64,000 bases of DNA from the NCBI GenBank assembly GCA_964345045.1, contig CAYFPM010000001.1, positions 300,215 to 364,214 on the forward strand, in the 5' to 3' direction. The first letter of the stretch is position 1. Each line of letters begins with the position of its first letter. Made by a program: the position numbers and the translations under genes. Below are positions 35,106-45,028 of the stretch, one piece after another. The stretch comes from an uncultured Gammaproteobacteria bacterium (lineage in GTDB: Bacteria; Patescibacteriota; Patescibacteriia; Magasanikbacterales; UBA922). Below the pieces are notes generated by a model, which was not told the origin of the DNA, searched no databases, and saw nothing but the letters and a program-made list of their open reading frames with translations.

Positions 35106-37196
35106 TTACTCCAAGACATACTCATAAACCCAAACCCTACCACCAGCTAGCTCCCACCAATTGTCGGCTTCTAGCTTGGCAGCGTCTCTTATTTCGGCTG
35201 CCGGGGCCCAGTAGTTGGTATGGATAAAATAAGCTTTTTTTACATCAGCATACTCCATAGCCTCTACCATCCATTTTTTTCTAGGTTCTTCGTAAACCAT
35301 CTTCCGGAAATATTGGTATAGAGGTCCTCCGGTAGGGATAGAATAAAAAAATTGAGGGCCATCCGATGTTTGGTGATAATGGGCAAAGCCCAATTTATTT
35401 ATAGCTGCTACAGATACAACTTGGTTGGTTAAGACAATATACTTGCTGGGATCATAATCGTTTCTACTATTGATTAGCTCAATAGCTACTTCGTCTGCCG
35501 ATCTAATTTGGTATCCAGTGTGTAGTGAAATTGGATCTCTGGTAGGGTAGGTAAAATAAAAACTAATAAGTACAAAAAATCCTAAAATTATAGATAGTAA
35601 AATTTTGTTTAGTTTTGTTTTTGCAAAAAATTTGTAAACAAAAAATACAAAATAAGGGATTAAGAAAACAAACAAAATTTGCAAAACTCTCTGGGCATAA
35701 ACATTTTGTTCGTAAGAAATAACAGAAGGAAATTCAAACGTGGTAGCCAACAAAAAGGCCGATAAAAACAAAGAACCAATAGTAGTAAAGATAAAATTTT
35801 TGTGGGTCTCACTACCTTTTTCGTATAGCCAAACTCCGGCCAACATGGCAAAAACAATTACAAACTTGAAAGCAATTATATAAGCGTAAAGTAGTTGCCA
35901 CTTGGTAGGCGCGCCAGAAAAAATATACCAATGTGGTGGTGAAAAAATTATAACAAAATTTTCCAAACGTTCTAATGGATTGTGAAGGACAATACTCTCG
36001 GCTGCTCGCAAAGAATTGAGATACAGGGCTGCTGGCAAAACCAATGCCAAAGATAGAGCGTAAGAAATATTTTTTAGTAAATAATTTTTTACAAGTTTCT
36101 TTTTATAAAAAATAAAAGCTGTGTAAATTATAATAGTTGGTAATCCAATAAGAGGGTGAATGGCCGTACTAGCCAAGGCTAGAGAATAATATAGAATAAT
36201 GGTTTCTTTTGTTAATTTTTCTTTTTGATAAAAGATTCCTCCAAACACAGCCAAAGCAAACAATAGAGCCAAATTGTTTGGGGTAGTAAAAGTAAAAAAA
36301 CTAAGTGGGATTAACAAAGTAGCTAAAATTGGGTAAACATTTTTCACTCTATTTTTTAGAGCCTTAATTAATATAATCGGCAAAGACAAGCCGGCCAAAA
36401 GTGGCACCAAAATTTTGTTTAAAAATTCTATACTTAGACCAGTGAGTTTTTGCAAAAACAATACCAACATATATTGCCCAATGTAGTAGGGCTGTTTGGG
36501 TTCTATCACCCCGGTCTCCAAGATTTTTTTGGTAGAAGCTTGGTGGATTACACCATCAAAACCAAAAGCATAAGTAAATAAGAAATTAATTATAGAAAGA
36601 GATAAAAAGAAATGTATAACAAGCAGAAATAAATTTTTGTAAATATTTTTGCTAGTTTGCAATATATAAAATAATAATGCTGTGGCAACAAAATAAATTA
36701 AGAAAAATTTTGGTCCTACAAAAATCCAAGGAGAAATAAAAGTGTCCGAAGTCTGGCGACTTTGCAATACTCCAAATAGAGCTATGTATAGAGCCAACAA
36801 AAGTAAAGTTAGAATAAGTATTTTTAGGTTTGGTTTGGTTATTTTTAATTTAATTGTTAGAGTTTCAAATTTGGAAATAAGTATCGTAAAAACAGTTACC
36901 AGTGGAATGGTAAAAAATACAAAAGAAGAACTATAGCCCCAAAACCAATAAACCCCTGACCAAGCAAAAATTATTAAGGAGATTAAAAAAGCATTTCCCC
37001 AAAAAAGTTTAACCAGCTTGTTTTCTTCTTTAAATCTATTTCTTGCCAGGATGGCTCCGTGAAAAATAAAGTAAAAAATAGTTATAACTGTATTAACGAT
37101 TGGGTTTTGTAGATATATAACCAAAATAATTTGTAAAAAGCCTAGGCAAATTAAAGCGGCTATTTGAGAGCTTTTGTTTATAGATAAAATTTTCAT
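35106..37196 (-). CDS. large polytopic membrane protein, putative GT-C-type glycosyltransferase
   Basis: More than 14 TM helices plus a C-terminal soluble domain; located in the glycan locus. Confidence 0.5.
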   Translation of the reverse strand: MKILSINKSSQIAALICLGFLQIILVIYLQNPIVNTVITIFYFIFHGAILARNRFKEENKLVKLFWGNAFLISLIIFAWSGVYWFWGYSSSFVFFTIPLVTVFTILISKFETLTIKLKITKPNLKILILTLLLLALYIALFGVLQSRQTSDTFISPWIFVGPKFFLIYFVATALLFYILQTSKNIYKNLFLLVIHFFLSLSIINFLFTYAFGFDGVIHQASTKKILETGVIEPKQPYYIGQYMLVLFLQKLTGLSIEFLNKILVPLLAGLSLPIILIKALKNRVKNVYPILATLLIPLSFFTFTTPNNLALLFALAVFGGIFYQKEKLTKETIILYYSLALASTAIHPLIGLPTIIIYTAFIFYKKKLVKNYLLKNISYALSLALVLPAALYLNSLRAAESIVLHNPLERLENFVIIFSPPHWYIFSGAPTKWQLLYAYIIAFKFVIVFAMLAGVWLYEKGSETHKNFIFTTIGSLFLSAFLLATTFEFPSVISYEQNVYAQRVLQILFVFLIPYFVFFVYKFFAKTKLNKILLSIILGFFVLISFYFTYPTRDPISLHTGYQIRSADEVAIELINSRNDYDPSKYIVLTNQVVSVAAINKLGFAHYHQTSDGPQFFYSIPTGGPLYQYFRKMVYEEPRKKWMVEAMEYADVKKAYFIHTNYWAPAAEIRDAAKLEADNWWELAGGRVWVYEYVLE

Positions 37197-37248
37197 ACTT
37201 GGCTTATTGTAGCAAATATACCCTATAGTTTGCTATACTATAACAGTT

Positions 37249-37872
37249 ATGAGTTACTTAAGTGAATTTAAGAAAAAACATCCGGATTTGTTTACTTATC
37301 TGCCGGCCAACGAAATCCACCCTCACGATCATATGATGGAGAGGACTTTTTTGCGTTTGTTGCCACGTAGCATTACTCCAAATCAAGTAACCTTATTTAG
37401 AATAATAACTACTCCGATAGTATTTTTGACGATACTTTTTGGAGATTACACCCTTGGGGTGGTATTTTTTGTATTGGTAGCCTTTACCGATGCTATAGAC
37501 GGGTCGCTCGCCAGAACCAAACACAAGGTAACCAAGTTTGGAATGTTGTTTGATCCTTTGGCCGACAAACTCCTCATTGGATCAATGGTGCTTTTGTTGG
37601 TGTTTAAATATTTTAATTTGTGGCTTGGAGTGGCTTTGCTTGGAATTGAAATTATTTTTATTATGACAGCTTTGGTAGCCGGTACAAAATTCAAAACAGT
37701 CCACGCTGCCAATCGTTGGGGTAAGATAAAAATGATTTTACAAGTTTTGGCTGTCTTTTTTACTTTGCTCGCGCTTTTGTTGGAATTCCCAACTCTTATG
37801 ACTGTAGCAGCTTGGCTTTTTGGTCTGGCCATTGGTTTTGCTGTGCTTAGTCTGTTTTCGCATGGGATTTAG
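37249..37872 (+). CDS. CDP-alcohol phosphatidyltransferase (native, low GC)
   Basis: D-G-x2-A-R...G-x3-D-x3-D: FTDAIDGSLARTKHKVTKFGMLFDPLADKL. Confidence 0.8.
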   Translation: MSYLSEFKKKHPDLFTYLPANEIHPHDHMMERTFLRLLPRSITPNQVTLFRIITTPIVFLTILFGDYTLGVVFFVLVAFTDAIDGSLARTKHKVTKFGMLFDPLADKLLIGSMVLLLVFKYFNLWLGVALLGIEIIFIMTALVAGTKFKTVHAANRWGKIKMILQVLAVFFTLLALLLEFPTLMTVAAWLFGLAIGFAVLSLFSHGI

Positions 37873-37887
37873 ATAGGAGATAGGGAG

Positions 37888-37960
37888 TAGGCAACAGGCA
37901 ATAGTCTTAAATATCAAAAACTATTGCCTATTTTCTACTGACTCCTGCCTATAAAAATGA
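37888..37960. repeat. TAGGCAACAGGCAATAG-family long imperfect hairpin
   Basis: gggagtaggcaacaggcaatagtcttaaatatcaaaaactattgcctattttctactgactcctgcctat. Confidence 0.5.
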
Positions 37961-37964
37961 ATTG

Positions 37965-37992
37965 ACCCGCGACGTTGACGTGCGGGTTTTTT
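37965..37992 (+). terminator. rho-independent terminator
   Basis: acccgcgacgttgacgtgcgggtttttt. Confidence 0.55.
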
Positions 37993-38018
37993 GTTCCTCC
38001 TGGATTTTGGTTCTCGAC

Positions 38019-38729
38019 TTAGTTATCGAGGGCTTTTCTGGCGTCTAGCTTTTGGAGCAGGCTGCGAATCCCAAAGGGAATGGCAATCGCCCCGGCGACT
38101 GTAGCCACGTAGAGCGGCCAAGTGCCTACGCTTTGGTCGGCGTATAGAATGCCTCCCACCAGAATCAGCTCTGCTACCATCTTGATCTTGCCAGATAGCT
38201 TGGCTTTGAGATCCAGCTGTTTGCCGGATTCGAGAGCCACAGCTTCTTTGTTGGATTGGTAGTCCTCCACTCGGATAACCAAGAGTGCCATTTCGAGTAG
38301 AAAGAGGGCTGTACAGACCATAACCTCTGCACTCACAAGGAGTGGAGGAGGTTTTATCTCTATTTGCTTGGTGCAGATCAGTGACAGGAGTAACAAGAAA
38401 TACACCTTGTCGCCGACAGCATCGACATACGCGCCGTAATCTCCGGCGGTGCCTTTGGCTCTTGCCACCAGTCCATCGACGTAGTCGAGAAAACTGTTGG
38501 CGGTGTAGGCCAGCAAGATCAAGCTCATGTAGAGCAGGTTTTCGCTGTAGCGAATACTGGCAAGGCCAATGGGAATGGCCATGACCACCCGAAAGTAGGT
38601 GATCCGGTTGGCCGTGATCCAGCTGGGCAGCCTCTTGGCAGCGGGGATGAAGGTGCGGTCAAGCCAGGAATATCCCCGGCCGAAACCACTTTCGATCGAG
38701 GTGGCGAGGGTCGTCGTGTCCTGGCTCAT
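38019..38729 (-). CDS. CDP-alcohol phosphatidyltransferase paralog, high GC (~58%) (island F)
   Basis: LDYVDGLVARAKGTAGDYGAYVDAVGDKV motif; convergent with the native paralog; AT-rich SD aaggaagg upstream. Confidence 0.75.
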   Translation of the reverse strand: MSQDTTTLATSIESGFGRGYSWLDRTFIPAAKRLPSWITANRITYFRVVMAIPIGLASIRYSENLLYMSLILLAYTANSFLDYVDGLVARAKGTAGDYGAYVDAVGDKVYFLLLLSLICTKQIEIKPPPLLVSAEVMVCTALFLLEMALLVIRVEDYQSNKEAVALESGKQLDLKAKLSGKIKMVAELILVGGILYADQSVGTWPLYVATVAGAIAIPFGIRSLLQKLDARKALDN

Positions 38730-38816
38730 TTTTTACCTTCCTTTTTTTAAAAAGTTGTCAAAAAAGCCAAATTACTAGTATCATATAATAAAAAGAAAAT
38801 CAAGCCCAGTAATAAA

Positions 38817-41090
38817 ATGAAATCTGTTAATAAAAAGGTAAAAACAAATTGGTTAGTAAGTATAGCCGTTTTAATACTGTTATATTTTAATCTAACTCTG
38901 TGGCAACAAAGCTTTTTGGGTTGGGGATTGACTATACTTTATTTTTTGGCCACCAGTTGCAGTTGGCAAAAAATACTAAAAAAAGTTTATGGTTTTCGAC
39001 AATCCGATTGGATAAACAAAACAATCGCTATTTTTGCGATTTTATTTTTGGTTAGTTTTTTTAGCGGAGTATTTGTAGTTTGGTACAAATTAACATCATT
39101 AACAATTTGGTTAAGTTTTTTTCTTAGTGCTGTAGTAACTTTTGTACTAGAATATGCTGTACAAAAAAATAAAAAAGTAGAATTCAAAAACAAAAAAAAT
39201 ATTTATTCCAAAGGATTTAAACAAGATTTTTTTAGAAAGAAAAATATTTTTGTTTTTATTTATATAATACTTTGGTTTGTTGGTCTGGTGTTGCTCTCTA
39301 GAAATAATAATACAGAAATAATGTTTAGCCCTTGGCAGGGGATTGGTCCGTGGTTTTTGCCACTTTTCTTTTTGCTTACACTTTTGCTCGGTTATTTTGT
39401 TTTTTCCAAATATAGTATCAAGACGGTTTTGTTTTTTATCCTATTGCATTCTTTGTTGCTACACCTATATCTACCTTTGTCGCACCAATTACCGTGGGGT
39501 GGAGACGTGTGGCGTCATATGGCCGTAGAGCAAAAACTAATCAATGGTGAGCCAGAGTTGCCGATTCTTTTTGGAGGCGAAATCAATTACGAAAGTATAG
39601 GAGGCATAGTTCTACCAGAAGTTTTTCTTTCGCCACACAAATATTTGTATGGCATGTTTTGGGGTTCTAGTACCGTTCTAACCAAATCTCTAAATACAAA
39701 TTTGATTAGTTTTAACATTTGGTATTTGCCCATAGTGTGGTCGATCTTTTTTCCTGTAATTTTGTTTAGAATCGGGGCTTTATTATTTTCTTCTTGGCGA
39801 AGAGGGTTGCTTCTCTCCGCTTTGGGCAGTTTGCCATTTACTTTTCAAGCTGTAGGTAGTTTTACTTTGCCAGTTAGTTTGGGTTACTTATTTTTCTTTT
39901 TTATTTTACTTTTGTGGTTGGTTTATCTAAAAGATGGTTTAAAATGGCAAAAAATAATTGCTTTGTTTTTTGCAGTTACCATGATATTTGGTTACACTTT
40001 GCATTTTATCTTAATTTGGTTTGTAATTATTACTAGTTGGTTATTGAAATTGGCTGTAGAAAAAAAATATAATTTTTTTAAAAATTCGCTCAATCGCAAA
40101 AGTTTTTATACAATTTTATTTTTCTTATCCATGTTTTTTTGGCCGGTTTTTGAAATTTTTGCCAAAATTAGTTATGTCCCATACCAAATAAATTTACTTG
40201 AAAATATAAAACATTTTGTTGGTCAATTTAGTGGTTGGTATTATGCCGCTCTCATCCGGCCACACGATATTTTGAGTGGGAATATAATTTTTAATCATAC
40301 CCCCAGTTATTCGTTTGTTTCCAGTTTGTTTACAGATTTTCGTTGGCATATTGTTTTGGTCATGATTTTGCTTTGGGTTTTTGCAAAATACGCTGTTTTG
40401 GACATTTTAAATAAAAATAATTTACTTTGGAAAGTAATTGCAACTTTTTCTTTTTCAATTATTGGTGGTTATATAATAGGTTGGTTTGTCTTGTCTGGAG
40501 ACAGATCTTTTGTTAGACGCTTAGATGCAACTCTCGCTTTTGTTCTCTTGCTTTTGTTTTTGTACGGAGTGTCCACATTTTTTAACAATTATAAAATTAA
40601 ATATAAAAAATATTTCAAACCTTTGGTTTTGACTATTTTTATAATTATTTTTTCTATTTCTACTACCACTAGTTTGGCTAGTGGTCCAGATAGTCGGGTA
40701 GTAAGCCAATCCGAATACTTGGCAGCCGAAACTATTTGGGGAGAAATAACTCATGATACAAAAATAAATTGTGTTTTGGCCGATAGTTGGACATTGTTGG
40801 CTTTGGAATATTTTTCTGCCAAACAAATTATTGGAGGAGGATTTCCAATAGATTATCAATTTGGCCAACCAGAAAGAATTGCTCTTTTTAACCAAATGGT
40901 TAAATCTCCAGAAGAATCTGTCTTGGTAGAAATAAAAAAATCAACAAATTCAGAGCAATGTATTTTTGCAGTGCAAAAAGAAGTACTATCTATTGACTCA
41001 AAAAAACAAATAAATAAATTGTTTAATACAGAATCAATAGAGATAGGGGATCAGCTATTGTGGTTGGAGTACTTGCCAAAAGAAGGATAA
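38817..41090 (+). CDS. large polytopic membrane protein (hypothetical; glycan-locus associated)
   Basis: ~16 TM helices plus a C-terminal soluble region. Confidence 0.5.
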   Translation: MKSVNKKVKTNWLVSIAVLILLYFNLTLWQQSFLGWGLTILYFLATSCSWQKILKKVYGFRQSDWINKTIAIFAILFLVSFFSGVFVVWYKLTSLTIWLSFFLSAVVTFVLEYAVQKNKKVEFKNKKNIYSKGFKQDFFRKKNIFVFIYIILWFVGLVLLSRNNNTEIMFSPWQGIGPWFLPLFFLLTLLLGYFVFSKYSIKTVLFFILLHSLLLHLYLPLSHQLPWGGDVWRHMAVEQKLINGEPELPILFGGEINYESIGGIVLPEVFLSPHKYLYGMFWGSSTVLTKSLNTNLISFNIWYLPIVWSIFFPVILFRIGALLFSSWRRGLLLSALGSLPFTFQAVGSFTLPVSLGYLFFFFILLLWLVYLKDGLKWQKIIALFFAVTMIFGYTLHFILIWFVIITSWLLKLAVEKKYNFFKNSLNRKSFYTILFFLSMFFWPVFEIFAKISYVPYQINLLENIKHFVGQFSGWYYAALIRPHDILSGNIIFNHTPSYSFVSSLFTDFRWHIVLVMILLWVFAKYAVLDILNKNNLLWKVIATFSFSIIGGYIIGWFVLSGDRSFVRRLDATLAFVLLLLFLYGVSTFFNNYKIKYKKYFKPLVLTIFIIIFSISTTTSLASGPDSRVVSQSEYLAAETIWGEITHDTKINCVLADSWTLLALEYFSAKQIIGGGFPIDYQFGQPERIALFNQMVKSPEESVLVEIKKSTNSEQCIFAVQKEVLSIDSKKQINKLFNTESIEIGDQLLWLEYLPKEG

Positions 41091-41152
41091 ACACTTGAAA
41101 AATTGCTAAATTATGGTATTTTAATAAAAATTTTTTTAAAGGGTAATATTTT

Positions 41153-41557
41153 ATGAATGATTGTATTTTTTGCAAAATTGTAGCTGGGGAGATCCCCAAC
41201 TATACTATTTACGAAGACGAACATTCGTTGGCTTTTTTGGATATTAGCCCTCAAGCCATGGGGCATACTGTAGTAATCCCCAAGAAGCATTTTACAAATT
41301 TAGGAGAAATAGACGACACCAACTTTGCAGACTTAATGCTAGCTACCAAAAAAGCAGCCGAAAAAATTCAAGAAGTTTTGAATCCAGATGGTTTTAATAT
41401 TGGTTGGAACGATAGACCTGCCGGAGGCCAGGCTGTAGCGCATATACATATGCATATAATGCCACGGTGGGATGGTGACGGTGGCGGCAATATGCACTCT
41501 ATTATAAACAACAAAGGAGAGCTTTCGGTAGAAGAAGTTCACCAAAAATTTGCTTAA
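41153..41557 (+). CDS. HIT-family hydrolase
   Basis: Histidine triad HIHMHIMPR. Confidence 0.85.
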   Translation: MNDCIFCKIVAGEIPNYTIYEDEHSLAFLDISPQAMGHTVVIPKKHFTNLGEIDDTNFADLMLATKKAAEKIQEVLNPDGFNIGWNDRPAGGQAVAHIHMHIMPRWDGDGGGNMHSIINNKGELSVEEVHQKFA

Positions 41558-42386
41558 AATGGAAACAGAAAATAATAAACAATTTATAACTAGATACAAA
41601 TCTCACGAGGATAGAAGCAAACCTCATAGAGTTTTGGATACAGTAAAGGTGGGTAATATTTATGTGTCGAGATTAGAGTTAGAACATGGAGCTGTGGCTG
41701 GAAATACTTTTCACAAAGAAACCAACGTAATATTATTTGTAACCAAAGGCGTGGTGAGAATGAGGTTTGCCGATATAGAAACCGGGGCTACCGAAGAGTT
41801 GGATGTTAAACCAGGTTTTGGGATTATCCACCAACCTCCAAAATCAGCACTGGCTGCCAAAAATATTAGCATGGGCAAAGCTACGATTGTGTTTTTTTCC
41901 AATAGAAGATTGCGAAGTGGAGACGATTACGAGTATATTCTTTATGACCCTTTTAATGGTACTCCGATAGATATAGAATACACTGCCAAAGTTCCACCAA
42001 AACAAAAACCCATGACGCATTATCCCTTGAGACATGATCGTACCAAACCGGGACGTTTGCTAGAAGTGGTAAAAGTAGGTGATGTCCATATTAGTAGATT
42101 GACAATAGATCCAGGTGTAGTTACCGGCAATATGTATCACAAAGATACCAGTGTTATTTTGTTTGTGATAAAAGGAAGATTAAAATTTAAATTTGTACAA
42201 ACACAAACCAAAGAAGAAAAAGAATTTGTAAAACAGGTGGGGAGTGGTATAACCTATATGCCGCCATATGTAGCTATGGCCGACAAAAATATTTCTGATG
42301 AACCGGCTATAGTTATACTTTTTTCCAATAAACCTTTGCGTTCTGGAGATGATTTTGAATACAAAGTATATCCAACCAGAGACTAA
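41550..42386 (+). CDS. tandem WxcM/FdtA-like cupin protein (putative dTDP-4-keto-6-deoxyhexose 3,4-ketoisomerase)
   Basis: Two ~135-aa repeats with an FHK(E/D)T..ILFV.KG...F cupin core; adjacent to rfbB. Confidence 0.5.
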   Translation: MLKMETENNKQFITRYKSHEDRSKPHRVLDTVKVGNIYVSRLELEHGAVAGNTFHKETNVILFVTKGVVRMRFADIETGATEELDVKPGFGIIHQPPKSALAAKNISMGKATIVFFSNRRLRSGDDYEYILYDPFNGTPIDIEYTAKVPPKQKPMTHYPLRHDRTKPGRLLEVVKVGDVHISRLTIDPGVVTGNMYHKDTSVILFVIKGRLKFKFVQTQTKEEKEFVKQVGSGITYMPPYVAMADKNISDEPAIVILFSNKPLRSGDDFEYKVYPTRD

Positions 42387-42475
42387 TTAAAGTAATAAAA
42401 TGTATTAATGTGGTAATACATTGATACATTGGACAAATTTACAAAAACAAGGTTTTGTTAACTAGATAAAATAAT

Positions 42476-43477
42476 ATGAATTTGTTAATAACTGGTGGAG
42501 CCGGATTTATGGGCTCGCATTTTGCCAAATATATTTTGAAAAAATATCCAGATTACAAGGTTGTTGTTTTTGATAAATTAACCTACGCCGGTAACTTGGA
42601 CAATCTAAAAGAATTAGAAAATAATGCTAATTATACTTTTGTAAAAGGGGATATTTCAAACGAAAGTGAGGTTAATCAAGTTATAGAAGATTTTGCTATT
42701 GATAGAATTGTAAATTATGCAGCCGAAACTCATGTAGATAGATCTATTATAGATCCAAAAGCTTTTTTGATGACAGATGTAATTGGGACTTATACGCTGT
42801 TAGAATCTGTACGCAAATACAATTTGCAAAAAATAGTACAAGTTTCTACAGACGAAGTTTTTGGAGATATAGAACTTGGCAAATTTACCGAAGAATCACC
42901 ATTTAAACCGAGTAGTCCTTACTCGGCTGCCAAAGCTGGTGGAGATCATCTTTGTCATGCCTACTTTAGAACTTATCAAACTCCGGTAGTGGTTACTCAC
43001 AGTTGTAATTTTTATGGACCAAATCAATATCCAGAAAAGTTAATTCCACTGTTTGTAACTAATTTGCTAGAAGATAAAAAAGTTCCACTTTATGGAGATG
43101 GTTCACAGGTGCGTGAATGGATTTTTGTAGACGATCATTGCCGGGCTATTGATACAATTTTGCACAAAGGTGTATCTGGCGAGGTTTACAATATTGGAAC
43201 TGGTCACGAAGAAAGTAATCTAGAAACAACAAAGAAACTTTTGCAAATACTTGGCAAGGACGAATCGAGTATAGAAAATGTGAAAGAAAGACCAGGACAT
43301 GATGTTCGCTACGCTGTTGACTCTAGTAAACTTCGTAATGAACTAGGTTGGGAGCCGCAAGTAGATTTTGCAGAAGGTTTAGAAAAAACAGTGGCTTGGT
43401 ATAAAGAGAACAAAGCTTGGTGGGAAAAAATAAAAAGTGGGGAGTACGAAGAATATTATAAGAAGCAGTATAGATAA
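42476..43477 (+). CDS. rfbB: dTDP-glucose 4,6-dehydratase
   Basis: GGAGFMGSH Rossmann, YSAAKAGGDHL catalytic YxxxK. Confidence 0.85.
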   Translation: MNLLITGGAGFMGSHFAKYILKKYPDYKVVVFDKLTYAGNLDNLKELENNANYTFVKGDISNESEVNQVIEDFAIDRIVNYAAETHVDRSIIDPKAFLMTDVIGTYTLLESVRKYNLQKIVQVSTDEVFGDIELGKFTEESPFKPSSPYSAAKAGGDHLCHAYFRTYQTPVVVTHSCNFYGPNQYPEKLIPLFVTNLLEDKKVPLYGDGSQVREWIFVDDHCRAIDTILHKGVSGEVYNIGTGHEESNLETTKKLLQILGKDESSIENVKERPGHDVRYAVDSSKLRNELGWEPQVDFAEGLEKTVAWYKENKAWWEKIKSGEYEEYYKKQYR

Positions 43478-43496
43478 GAGGCTGGAGAAGCTAGAG

Positions 43497-43550
43497 AGGC
43501 CTGAGAAGCTGGAGAGGCTTTAGAGGCTTAATTGTTTTTTGCCTTTTGAT
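43497..43550. repeat. left terminal inverted repeat (AGAGGCT/GGAGAAGCT units) of a mini-cassette
   Basis: gaggctggagaagctagagaggcctgagaagctggagaggctttagaggcttaa; its revcomp matches 43833-43872. Confidence 0.55.
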
Positions 43551-43563
43551 TTTTTAAAAATTT

Positions 43564-43785
43564 ATGAAATCTGATAAGTTCAATGACAAATATGAGGCAG
43601 TTGGTTTATTGTTGGGATTGTTGTTTACTTTTAGTATTACTAATTATCTTAACTATCTGTCTAATCAATTAAACAAACCCTTATTAGGTGAATTTTCTAT
43701 GATTTTTTTTATAGTTGGTTTACCTGTGTTTGGTTTACTTGGTTTTTTTTGTGGAAGTTATTATAAAAAGCGTTTCAAAGAATAA
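43564..43785 (+). CDS. small 2-TM membrane protein (73 aa) inside the TIR-flanked mini-cassette
   Basis: Two hydrophobic helices; flanked by ~40-bp imperfect inverted repeats. Confidence 0.35.
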   Translation: MKSDKFNDKYEAVGLLLGLLFTFSITNYLNYLSNQLNKPLLGEFSMIFFIVGLPVFGLLGFFCGSYYKKRFKE

Positions 43786-43832
43786 AGTAAAACTAGAAAA
43801 TCTTGAAAAGTTTGAGAAGTTTAATTATTTTT

Positions 43833-43872
43833 CCTCTCCAGCCTCTCAGGCTTTTCTAGCCTTTTAAGCCTT
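43833..43872. repeat. right terminal inverted repeat of the mini-cassette
   Basis: cctctccagcctctcaggcttttctagccttttaagcc. Confidence 0.55.
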
Positions 43873-43886
43873 TAATAATAAAAAAT

Positions 43887-44729
43887 ATGCGTATTTTAAT
43901 AATAGGAAATGGTTATCTTGGCAACAGATGTAAGGAAGTTTGGGGTGAAGAAGCAGTGATAGAAGGTGCTAGAAATATAAAATCAAAAGATGATGTTTTG
44001 CAATTGATTGAAAAACATAATCCAGATGCCATCCTTAATGCCGGAGGAAGAAAAGGGAGTCCAAACGTGGATTGGTGTGAAACTAATCAAACAGAAACAG
44101 TTACTGGAAATGTAACTATCCCGCTTCTAATTGCCGAAGCTGCTGCTGAAAAAAATGTGTATCTGCTTCACTTGGGATCTGGTTGTATTTTTTATGGCGA
44201 CTCGCCCCACCCGGACAAAGCTTGGCGCGAAGATGATTTTGGTAATCCAAAACCTGTTTACTCGCGCACCAAATGGGCAGCCGACCTAGCGCTCTCTACT
44301 ATGCCAAATGTAGGGATTGCCAGAATCAGAATGCCAATAGACAACCGTCCGCATCCGGGCAATCTAATAGACAAGTTGGCTAGTTACCCAAAAATTATTG
44401 ATGTGGAAAATAGTGTAACGATTATTCCAGACATGATAAATGTTTTTTATAAACTAATGGAAAAAAAAGGAGTAGGAATTTTTCATGTTACCAATCCGGG
44501 ATCCTTGCGACACAAGCGTGTAATGGAGTTGTACCGAGAGTTGGTTGACCCTAGTCATAACAACGAGTGGATAGAGAATGAAGAATTAGTAAAAAATGGT
44601 TTGGCAGCCAAAGGCCGATCGAACAATATTTTGCATTCGGAAAATTTGGAGAAATTGGGAATTGAGATGAGGCCGGTAGAAGAAGCGATTGTGGAGACGA
44701 TGAAGGAATATACTAAAAATAGAGGTTAG
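43887..44729 (+). CDS. RmlD-like NAD(P)-dependent sugar-nucleotide reductase
   Basis: MRILIIGNGYLGN Rossmann; RmlD substrate-binding family. Confidence 0.55.
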   Translation: MRILIIGNGYLGNRCKEVWGEEAVIEGARNIKSKDDVLQLIEKHNPDAILNAGGRKGSPNVDWCETNQTETVTGNVTIPLLIAEAAAEKNVYLLHLGSGCIFYGDSPHPDKAWREDDFGNPKPVYSRTKWAADLALSTMPNVGIARIRMPIDNRPHPGNLIDKLASYPKIIDVENSVTIIPDMINVFYKLMEKKGVGIFHVTNPGSLRHKRVMELYRELVDPSHNNEWIENEELVKNGLAAKGRSNNILHSENLEKLGIEMRPVEEAIVETMKEYTKNRG

Positions 44730-44732
44730 GGG

Positions 44733-44760
44733 ATAGGCAGGAGGCAATAGTGAATAGGTT
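44733..44760. repeat. TAGGCA(G)GAGGCAATAG-family motif after the rmlD-like gene
   Basis: ggggataggcaggaggcaatagtgaatagg. Confidence 0.45.
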
Positions 44761-45028
44761 GTAGTGGGTAGTGGTTTGGTGGATGTTTTTTGGCTAAATT
44801 TAGATAAAAAAGTCTAGCTTGGGCTAGCTTTTTTGGTTTTATCTGATTTTGGTTGACAAAAGGTGTTTTTTTTGGTAATTTTAGCTGTCAATTCTATAAT
44901 AGGATAATTGTATGCGGAGACTGTAATTGGTTGGGAGAAGGTGAAATTTCTTCCACCCTATGCGTTCTTCGTCGTTCAGAAATTTTTAGTATGAACGGCA
45001 AAACAATTTAGAAGGAGGAAGGTTAGAA

